From: a virus
Lineage: Duplodnaviria; Caudoviricetes
Length of the DNA: 29,244 nt
IMG/VR virus record: IMGVR_UViG_3300044723_002141
Span: 1 to 29,244 of that record
Strand: one strand, 5' to 3'
A model generated the notes under the pieces. The model made no database searches. It was not told where the DNA came from and was given only the letters and a program-made list of their open reading frames with translations. Shown piece after piece: positions 17,784 to 24,492 of the stretch. The first letter of the stretch is position 1. Each line of letters begins with the position of its first letter. The position numbers were made by a program, and so were the translations under genes.

Positions 17784-18047
17784 ATGAAATTTAGCAAATA
17801 CAGTAGGGTTTATTGGAGTGAAACAAGGCAGCGACCTAAATATGTTAGAAATACATCGGCTGGTGATATTCCTGTAAGCTATGAATATGTTGGAATGATG
17901 ACCTTGGCAGAGTATGAACTGCTTATTGAGGTGCTGTTCGAATTATTTGAAGATGACCCGATTAAGTTAGAGGCGTTTCAATATATCTTTGGCGATATTA
18001 GAACGTTTTGCGATAAACTAAAAAATATTTTAGAACAAGAGGATTAA
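17784..18047 (+). CDS. Hypothetical protein
   Basis: 87-aa ORF in operon orientation; no motif recognised. Confidence 0.65.
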   Translation: MKFSKYSRVYWSETRQRPKYVRNTSAGDIPVSYEYVGMMTLAEYELLIEVLFELFEDDPIKLEAFQYIFGDIRTFCDKLKNILEQED

Positions 18048-18051
18048 TTTT

Positions 18052-18059
18052 TATATTTG
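18052..18059 (+). promoter_or_regulatory. -7 promoter element for the replication leader
   Basis: TATATTTG-TAGT-ATG; expected start ~18064. Confidence 0.7.
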
Positions 18060-18063
18060 TAGT

Positions 18064-18161
18064 ATGCAAAGTAGAGGTTGCATTTTGAAAATTTTTAGGT
18101 TGGTAAACCGACCCTTGATTGCGATGTACCCTCTACTACATCAACGTCAAGGGTTTTTTTT
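18064..18161 (+). ncRNA. Putative structured leader RNA: hairpins with complementary loops, ending in a terminator
   Basis: ATGCAA[AGTAGAGG]TTGCAT; GGTT[GGTA]AACC; ACCCTTGA..GATGTA[CCCTCTAC]TACATC..TCAAGGGT plus T8; GTAGAGG is the reverse complement of CCTCTAC. Confidence 0.72.
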
Positions 18162-18171
18162 ATGGAAGTAA
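18064..18171 (+). CDS. Possible leaderless leader peptide (35 aa) overlapping the initiator start
   Basis: MQSRGCILKIFRLVNRPLIAMYPLLHQRQGFFLWK; stop at 18169-18171, just past ATG 18162. Confidence 0.3.
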   Translation: MQSRGCILKIFRLVNRPLIAMYPLLHQRQGFFLWK

Positions 18172-18956
18172 ACAAAATATACAAGCCGCAGCGATTCGAT
18201 AACTATACGGTTATACCGAATGCTATATTTCGCCACCAAGGTATATCTGTTGGCGCAACAGGATTATACTGCTGGATGTTTTCACACAAGTCTGGCTTTA
18301 CGATTACCGTTCAATATATCATTGGGCATTTTAAAGAAGGCAAGGATTCAATTAACGCCAGGATAAAAGAATTGATTGCTGTTGGTTTTTTGGTTCGTAA
18401 AGAAGTGCGCCAAAATGGAAAGTTCGCAGGGTATAATTATTTTCTAAATGATACCCCAACCACCGTGGCGGAAAAAACCGTAACGGGAAAAACCGCAGCG
18501 GAAAACACCGTCGCGGTAAATCCGCAACAAAGTAATACTATATATAGTACTATATATAATACTAATAATAGTACTATAATAGATACTAATAAAGAAATAA
18601 TAAATAAAGAAAAGGGTAAAATCAAAAAACTGCAAAAAACGTTCGCTGATTTTGACCCGCCAGTACAATCTTGTTTTTTAAATATCATTGAATTATTTCC
18701 AGAACAAACCCGCCCAAGAACAAAAGATACTAAACGTAAATGGGTGCAAATAATCGACGACCTTTGGCGCAAAGATAAACACCACCCACGCAAGGTTTAT
18801 ATTTTAACGCAAAGAGCAAGACAGGACAGTTTCTGGGCGCAAAATTATTTATCTATTACAAAGCTGCGAAAACGAAATAAGGACGATATTAAATACATTG
18901 ACCTTTTCGATTATAAATTTGGTAAGGATTTAAAAACTGTAAACTGGGAGGAATAA
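18162..18956 (+). CDS. Replication initiator with N-terminal winged HTH
   Basis: DNYTVIPNAIFR....GATGLYCW...IKELIAVGFL; internal iterons; upstream of primase-helicase. Confidence 0.8.
   Translation: MEVNKIYKPQRFDNYTVIPNAIFRHQGISVGATGLYCWMFSHKSGFTITVQYIIGHFKEGKDSINARIKELIAVGFLVRKEVRQNGKFAGYNYFLNDTPTTVAEKTVTGKTAAENTVAVNPQQSNTIYSTIYNTNNSTIIDTNKEIINKEKGKIKKLQKTFADFDPPVQSCFLNIIELFPEQTRPRTKDTKRKWVQIIDDLWRKDKHHPRKVYILTQRARQDSFWAQNYLSITKLRKRNKDDIKYIDLFDYKFGKDLKTVNWEE
18462..18610. repeat. Putative replication origin: four 15-bp iterons plus AT-rich tract
   Basis: ACCGnnnCGGnAAAn at 18462, 18477, 18492, 18507, followed by TACTA-repeat AT-rich DNA 18531-18610. Confidence 0.75.
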
Positions 18957-19495
18957 TGTTTAAACTTGACGTAGAAAAAGAATTAATAGATAAAGCCGTT
19001 TATTTGGTTGAAACATATAACTTCGGAAAAAGAAGCGAAGCTAATGGAAATAAAAATCAGCAAATTGTTGGGATAATTGGCGAACAAGTTATTCGTGATT
19101 TATTTAAAGCTGGTGATATTGATGGCAAAAGTGGCTTTGACGGGGGCTATGATATTGAATACTATAATAAGCTAATCGATGTAAAAACAATGTCAAGAAA
19201 ATGCGAGGTAAGACAAGATTTTGTTTCTAATTTTATGGAGTTACAATTAAGCCACAGCGCAACGCATTTTATTTTTAACTCATTTAATACGGTTAAAAAA
19301 GAAATAACTGTTTGCGGATATATATCTAAACAGGAATTTTTAGAAAATGCTGACTATTATCCTAAAGGTTCGTATCGTTTTAGAACCGATGGGACATCTT
19401 TTCAAACTTTTTCTGGGTTATACGAGATAAAAAATAAATATTTACACGACGTTAATGGATGGATTGAATTAATACAAAACTTAAAATATGATTAA
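18956..19495 (+). CDS. Hypothetical protein, possible restriction-endonuclease-like PD-(D/E)XK fold
   Basis: GIIGE ... DGGYD ... IDVKT pattern. Confidence 0.55.
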   Translation: MFKLDVEKELIDKAVYLVETYNFGKRSEANGNKNQQIVGIIGEQVIRDLFKAGDIDGKSGFDGGYDIEYYNKLIDVKTMSRKCEVRQDFVSNFMELQLSHSATHFIFNSFNTVKKEITVCGYISKQEFLENADYYPKGSYRFRTDGTSFQTFSGLYEIKNKYLHDVNGWIELIQNLKYD

Positions 19496-21161
19496 CGAAT
19501 TTTTAGCCATAGGTATAGAACCTAAAGGCAACGCAGAAGAACAAAAACTAAAATGCCCAAAATGCTCACCCAACAGAAAAAACAAAGCCGATAAACCGCT
19601 TTCAATTAATTTGTCAAAAGGCGTTTATAATTGCCATAACTGCGGGTGGGCTGGGAACGTAAAATTTAAACCAAAGGTTGATTATATAAAACCGCCAGAG
19701 GTTGAAAATGAATTATCATTTAAAACAATAAAATGGTTTAATCAACGTGGTATTTCAGAGGCAACCATAGCGCATTGGAAAATAGGCGAATCAAAAGAAT
19801 ACTTTCCGCAGGTATCTAAAAACCGCACCGCAATAAATTTTAAATATTATAGAGAAAACAAACTCGTAAATATCAAATATCGAGATGGTGAAAAGAATTT
19901 TAAAATGGTGCGGGGCGCTGAACTTATTTTTTATGGCTTGGACGCGATTAAGGAAATGGACACTATTTACATTGTTGAGGGCGAAATGGACGCTTTGTCA
20001 TTACACGAAGCGGGAATTTATTCTGTTTGTAGCGTTCCTAACGGCGCATCAAAGGGTAACCAACGCCTTGAGTATTTAGATAACTGTTGGGAGTATTTTA
20101 AAGACAAAAAGGAAATAATACTTTGCACCGATAACGACCAACCAGGGTTAGCTTTGCGTAACGAACTTGCGCGTAGATTCGGACAATACCGCTGTAAATA
20201 TGTAGAATTTAAGGAGTTTAAAGACGCAAACGATGTTCTTGTAAACAAAGGCGCAGAGGTTTTAAGAAACCAGCTAAAAGACGCTAAAAACTTTCCTTTA
20301 GAGGGTATCGTAAACATTGACGATATTTGGTCAAACGTATTAAACTACAATGAAAACGGAATTAAAAATTATAGCATTAGCCTTACTGATAGTGATAATT
20401 ATTTTAAACTGGCTTTGGGAGAATGGTCTGTTATTACTGGCATTCCTAACAGCGGAAAGTCTGACGTGGTTGACCAAATTTGCTGCAACCTTGCAATGAA
20501 TGAGGACTTTAGGGTCGGAATGTTTGCGCCTGAATCGTTTCCATACGAAGGACACATCAAGCGAATAGCCAATAAATTAAACGAGCGCAACTGTGATAAT
20601 GAAACACTAAACGCAAGTAAAAACTTTATTGAAAACCATTTTTATTTTATTAAAATCGACTTGGAAAATTTAACACTCAAAGGTGTGTTAGATAATTTAA
20701 GGGATTTGGTTTTTCAAAAAGGTATTAATATTTGTGTGATTGACCCGTGGAATATGCTCGACCATTCAGCACAAAAAGACCACTCATATATCGGTCGGAT
20801 GCTTTCTGAAATTACGCAGTTTTGCCAACAAACAAAAACGCATTTATTTTTAGTGGCGCACCCAAGAAAAATGGAAGCCGAGAACGGAACGTATAAAGTT
20901 CCAACGCCTTATGATATTAGCGGGTCATCTGACTTTTTTAACAAAGCGTATAATTGCCTTACGGTTTATCGTCAGATAGGTCAGCGTAACGAATACGGAA
21001 GCGATAACGTTGAGGTTTACGTGCAAAAAGTAAAGCGCAAAGAAAATGGGCAGCAAGGAAAATTTATAATTGCGCCTGATTTTAAGAATGGGGGGGTCTA
21101 TAAAAATGGAAACCTTGAAAAAGTAAAAAGATTAGACGTCACAAATAATTTACCTTTTTGA
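19488..21161 (+). CDS. Bifunctional primase-helicase (T7 gp4/Twinkle-like)
   Basis: CPKC...CHNC zinc finger; TOPRIM VEGEMD, DND, KDAND; Walker A GIPNSGKS; VIDP; VAHPRK; DISGS. Confidence 0.95.
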   Translation: MINEFLAIGIEPKGNAEEQKLKCPKCSPNRKNKADKPLSINLSKGVYNCHNCGWAGNVKFKPKVDYIKPPEVENELSFKTIKWFNQRGISEATIAHWKIGESKEYFPQVSKNRTAINFKYYRENKLVNIKYRDGEKNFKMVRGAELIFYGLDAIKEMDTIYIVEGEMDALSLHEAGIYSVCSVPNGASKGNQRLEYLDNCWEYFKDKKEIILCTDNDQPGLALRNELARRFGQYRCKYVEFKEFKDANDVLVNKGAEVLRNQLKDAKNFPLEGIVNIDDIWSNVLNYNENGIKNYSISLTDSDNYFKLALGEWSVITGIPNSGKSDVVDQICCNLAMNEDFRVGMFAPESFPYEGHIKRIANKLNERNCDNETLNASKNFIENHFYFIKIDLENLTLKGVLDNLRDLVFQKGINICVIDPWNMLDHSAQKDHSYIGRMLSEITQFCQQTKTHLFLVAHPRKMEAENGTYKVPTPYDISGSSDFFNKAYNCLTVYRQIGQRNEYGSDNVEVYVQKVKRKENGQQGKFIIAPDFKNGGVYKNGNLEKVKRLDVTNNLPF

Positions 21162-21388
21162 TTATGGACTATAATATTTTACCAAAATTTTACAAGGCGT
21201 TTAGCTGGTGTACAAATAACGATATAAAGGTTTACCCACAGATAAGAGGCAAACAGTTTCAGCTGGTTTATGTAATCGACGGCGTTGCAAGGAGTTCTGG
21301 AAAGTTACACGATAAGGATGTTTTACAATGGCGCATAAAGGAATTTTATATTTACCTTTATGAAAAATTAAATAATGCTACAAATTGA
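21158..21388 (+). CDS. Hypothetical protein
   Basis: ORF coupled to helicase stop (TTGA); alternative ATG two codons in. Confidence 0.65.
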   Translation: MIMDYNILPKFYKAFSWCTNNDIKVYPQIRGKQFQLVYVIDGVARSSGKLHDKDVLQWRIKEFYIYLYEKLNNATN

Positions 21389-21539
21389 TTTTTTTCCTAT
21401 TTACGGCGCAATGATTGGTATAAATTATTCAAACGAAGATATTGAGTTAATAGAAACCATAGCAGACGATAAACGCCACACTTTACAATTCTTTTTTATT
21501 ATTGTTGGAATGAATATTCATTGGTTTACAGTAAAATAA
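21375..21539 (+). CDS. Small hypothetical protein (54 aa); not in ORF track
   Basis: MLQIDFFPIYGAMIGINYSNEDIELIETIADDKRHTLQFFFIIVGMNIHWFTVK. Confidence 0.65.
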   Translation: MLQIDFFPIYGAMIGINYSNEDIELIETIADDKRHTLQFFFIIVGMNIHWFTVK

Positions 21540-21543
21540 TTTT

Positions 21544-21551
21544 TATATTTG
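21544..21551 (+). promoter_or_regulatory. -7 promoter element
   Basis: TATATTTG, intergenic. Confidence 0.5.
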
Positions 21552-21588
21552 AAAATATTTTTTTACTTTTATAGAAATTAATTTTATT

Positions 21589-21723
21589 ATGAATTGGGAA
21601 AACAAATTTTGGGGAACGTACACAGATTACGAACTCGATATGATAGTAAACGATGATTCGCTTTTAGATGCTTACCGCCATAGAGCAGAGAAAGAACAAT
21701 TAAAGCGGTTTAAAAATCAATGA
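21589..21723 (+). CDS. Small hypothetical protein (44 aa); not in ORF track
   Basis: MNWENKFWGTYTDYELDMIVNDDSLLDAYRHRAEKEQLKRFKNQ. Confidence 0.6.
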   Translation: MNWENKFWGTYTDYELDMIVNDDSLLDAYRHRAEKEQLKRFKNQ

Positions 21724-21815
21724 TTTTAGATTTAATTTACGGCTTTGGATTAATAGCCTTTGGGTTTATTATGGGGGCGGCATACGCATTAACAACAAGA
21801 GAACAAGATGATTAA
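21720..21815 (+). CDS. 31-aa single-TM peptide; not in ORF track
   Basis: MILDLIYGFGLIAFGFIMGAAYALTTREQDD; ATGA coupling upstream, overlaps next start. Confidence 0.55.
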   Translation: MILDLIYGFGLIAFGFIMGAAYALTTREQDD

Positions 21816-22197
21816 AACAGAAAACGAACTTTTTAATTTTCTGAAACTGAATGTTTATTGCGATTTAAAACCTACTAAATACCAAATGAGTAAATGGGAT
21901 TGTTATTCTAAAAACGCAAGGCATATCATTGAATTAAAATGTAGAAAAGAACATTACGACGAACTATTGATTGAGAAAATAAAATACGACAATTTAATAG
22001 AAAAGGGATTTAAATATAAAAGCGTTCCGATGTATATAAACAGCACCCCTAATGGTGTGTATCGTTTTAATTTAGATTTCATAAATCCAAGATGGACAAA
22101 ACGCCAACAACCAAAAACAACTGAATTTGAAAATAACTTAAAAGTGGAAAAGGTTGTAGGATTTTTAAATATTAATGATTCGGATAAATTAAATTAA
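21808..22197 (+). CDS. PD-(D/E)XK-like putative nuclease
   Basis: E..LF ... WDCYS ... IIELKCR ... LLIEK.KYD. Confidence 0.6.
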   Translation: MIKTENELFNFLKLNVYCDLKPTKYQMSKWDCYSKNARHIIELKCRKEHYDELLIEKIKYDNLIEKGFKYKSVPMYINSTPNGVYRFNLDFINPRWTKRQQPKTTEFENNLKVEKVVGFLNINDSDKLN

Positions 22198-22794
22198 ATG
22201 ATTAAAAAAGTAAACATAGCTGAAATAAAACCTAATGAGGAAAACCCGAGGTTTATAACAGATGCTAAATTCAAAAAGCTGGTAAAATCAATCAAGGAGT
22301 TTCCCGAAATGCTTGAAACCAGACCTTTGGTGGTTGACGAAAATATGATTGTTTTAGGTGGTAATATGCGCCTTAAAGCCTTAAAATCGGCAGGGGTGTT
22401 TGAAGTACCAGTGCATCAAGTTATTGGGTGGAGTAAAGAACAAAAAGATGAATTTATTATAAAGGATAATATTGGCTATGGTCAATGGGATTGGGATGTA
22501 ATAGCTAATGATTGGGACGGTCAAAAGTTAAAAGATTGGGGAATGGATTTACCCGATTTTGCAAACGTTGATGATTTTGGAACTGACTTTGATTTACCCG
22601 ATGGCGATAAAGAGCCTTTTCAGCAACAAACCTATACATTAGCAGATGCCCAAGCAGAACAAATAAAAAATGCGATTGCTAATATTAAAAAAACAGAGGA
22701 ATTTAATTATGTTGAAACTTTTGGAAATGAAAACAGCAATGGCAACGCCTTGTATTTAATCATTATGCAATGGGCAGAGCAAAAGATATTATAG
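22198..22794 (+). CDS. ParB N-terminal (ParB/Srx) domain protein
   Basis: IKPNEENPR.I, LVKSI, PLVVDEN..VLGGNMRLKA, FIIKDN...G.WD. Confidence 0.9.
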   Translation: MIKKVNIAEIKPNEENPRFITDAKFKKLVKSIKEFPEMLETRPLVVDENMIVLGGNMRLKALKSAGVFEVPVHQVIGWSKEQKDEFIIKDNIGYGQWDWDVIANDWDGQKLKDWGMDLPDFANVDDFGTDFDLPDGDKEPFQQQTYTLADAQAEQIKNAIANIKKTEEFNYVETFGNENSNGNALYLIIMQWAEQKIL

Positions 22795-22913
22795 TTAAAG
22801 TTATAACTCCAAAAATCGCTAATGATTTTGTATAAAAACATTATTATAGTGGTAAAGTAGTGCCAAATAGTAATTTGCATTTTGGTTGTTTTTTAGATAA
22901 TATGTTGGGGGGG
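22770..22913 (+). pseudogene. Remnant of a Mom-like adenine-modification gene
   Basis: MGRAKDIIVKVITPKIANDFV*KHYYSGKVVPNSNLHFGCFLDNMLGG; in-frame TAA at 22833-22835; truncated after ~48 codons; resembles the A..F...HHYS...HFG.F N-terminus of Mom-like proteins (from memory). Confidence 0.65.
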
Positions 22914-22931
22914 TATTACTCCCCTTTTTTT
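22907..22931 (+). terminator. Putative intrinsic terminator
   Basis: GGGGGG-TATTA-CTCCCC then T7. Confidence 0.6.
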
Positions 22932-22934
22932 ATG

Positions 22935-22942
22935 TAATTTTG
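22935..22942 (+). promoter_or_regulatory. -7 element 4 nt before small-terminase ATG
   Basis: TAATTTTG-TAAA-ATG. Confidence 0.6.
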
Positions 22943-22946
22943 TAAA

Positions 22947-23309
22947 ATGAGTCAACAACAATCAACAGCTATAAAAAAGAAAGCAATGCTTGAGGCGTTA
23001 GAAAAAACTTTAGGCGTTGTGACAACCGCTGCCAAAATGGTTGGTATTGAAAGAACCACACATTACCTTTGGTTAAGAGAGGACGAAGAATATAAAGCCG
23101 CAGTAGAAGATGTCCAAAATGTAGTTTTAGATTTTGCTGAATCGGCTTTACATAAAATGGTAGAAAACCACCAACCAGCAGCCACTTTATTTTTATTGAA
23201 AACAAAAGGGAAAAACAGAGGTTACGTAGAACGCCAGGAAATTGTACACGATGGCAGACTTGAAACCGAAGTGGTTCAGTATAGAGTAAACAAAAAAGAT
23301 GATAATTGA
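22947..23309 (+). CDS. terS: Terminase small subunit
   Basis: HTH (GVVTTAAKMVGIERTTHYLW), FLLKTKGKNRGYVERQE; overlaps terL start. Confidence 0.85.
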   Translation: MSQQQSTAIKKKAMLEALEKTLGVVTTAAKMVGIERTTHYLWLREDEEYKAAVEDVQNVVLDFAESALHKMVENHQPAATLFLLKTKGKNRGYVERQEIVHDGRLETEVVQYRVNKKDDN

Positions 23310-24456
23310 CTGTAACGTACAGTTTGAGCAATTACTAAATTCCAATAAACGTTTTAGAGTTCACCAGGGCGGAACCAGAAGCGGGAAAACATACGCTATT
23401 TGTCAATACATAACCTACCTACTGCGAACCTCAACCGAGCCGCTTACAATATCAGTAATTCGTAAAACCTTACCCGCCTTAAAAGGTTCTGTTATGCGCG
23501 ATTTAATCCAAATAATGGAAAGAATAGGAATGTATTATGTAGGAAACCACAACAAGGCGGAAAACACTTTTTATTATAAAAACCACTTGGTTGAGTTTTT
23601 GAGCGTTGACGAACCCCAGAAAATACGTGGTAGAAAAAGAAATATCGCCTTTTTAAATGAAGCGAATGAATTAACGCTTGAGGATTTTCGCCAAATAAAT
23701 ATGCGTTGTACTGATTTTTTAATATTAGACTTTAACCCCTCTGACCCTATTCATTGGATTTACAACGAAATCATTCCACGTGAGGATTGCGATACTTGGA
23801 TAACAACCTACAAGGATAATATGTTTTTATCTGATGAACTTGTATTTGAGATTGAAAGAATGCGAGAACGCGACCCAGATTATTGGCGCGTTTATGGTGA
23901 AGGACAAAGAGCGGTATTTTCAGCAAGACAAATTTTTAGCAATTGGACTTTTATGCCTTATGCTGAATTTCCAGAATTTGATGACCCTGTTATTGGGCTT
24001 GACTTTGGTTTTTCTAATGACCCAACAGCGATTGTATTAATGCAGAAAATAAATGACAAAATATATATTCACGAACTGCTTTATAAAACGGGAATGACAA
24101 ATGGCGATATTGCCGAGTTTTTAAAAGGAGGGGGGTATGATAAATTCCTATTGTTTTATGATTCCGCAGAGCCAAAATCTGGTGAGGAATTAAAACGACT
24201 TGGTTTATGGGTTAAAGGCGCAACAAAGGGGCAGGGTTCTGTAACCGCTGGTATTTCACTTTTAAAAGAATTTGATGTTATCGTGAGCCAAGAATCTAAA
24301 AACCTACAAAAAGAATACAACTCATATTATTGGACTGAATTAAAAGACGGAACGATTATAAATAAGCCCGTTGATAGATTTAATCACCTTATGGATGCTA
24401 TTCGTTATGGTGTATATTCACAGTATGGAAAGCGCACGGAGTTCTTTGTAATTTAA
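23299..24456 (+). CDS. terL: Terminase large subunit (PBSX/SPP1-like)
   Basis: Walker A QGGTRSGKT, FLNEANE, DFNP, GLDFG.SNDP, DSAEP, NHLMDAIRY. Confidence 0.95.
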   Translation: MIIDCNVQFEQLLNSNKRFRVHQGGTRSGKTYAICQYITYLLRTSTEPLTISVIRKTLPALKGSVMRDLIQIMERIGMYYVGNHNKAENTFYYKNHLVEFLSVDEPQKIRGRKRNIAFLNEANELTLEDFRQINMRCTDFLILDFNPSDPIHWIYNEIIPREDCDTWITTYKDNMFLSDELVFEIERMRERDPDYWRVYGEGQRAVFSARQIFSNWTFMPYAEFPEFDDPVIGLDFGFSNDPTAIVLMQKINDKIYIHELLYKTGMTNGDIAEFLKGGGYDKFLLFYDSAEPKSGEELKRLGLWVKGATKGQGSVTAGISLLKEFDVIVSQESKNLQKEYNSYYWTELKDGTIINKPVDRFNHLMDAIRYGVYSQYGKRTEFFVI

Positions 24457-24460
24457 TTCT

Positions 24461-24468
24461 TACTTTTG
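24461..24468 (+). promoter_or_regulatory. -7 promoter element upstream of portal
   Basis: TACTTTTG, intergenic. Confidence 0.55.
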
Positions 24469-24492
24469 TATAATAAAATTTTATTAGATTAG

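Noticed and set aside
18462-18521. 15-bp repeats as a CRISPR mini-array
   Set aside because: Tandem, no spacers, too short, inside a CDS, no cas genes; fits iterons.
22198-22794. ParB as a plasmid-prophage partition system
   Set aside because: No ParA, no HTH after the ParB-N domain and no parS array seen; the context is terminase/DNA modification.
22833-22835. In-frame TAA as evidence of stop-codon reassignment
   Set aside because: TAA is the normal stop for most genes here, and the frame is truncated anyway.
7928-22918. Shared GGGGGGTATTA at 7928 and 22908
   Set aside because: Both are 5' arms of G/C-run hairpins; the low-complexity 11-nt match is too weak to call a repeat element.
19885-24040. 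Nested + strand alternative-frame ORFs 19885..20079 and 23834..24040
   Set aside because: Short, wholly inside conserved enzymes, with no start signals or motifs.
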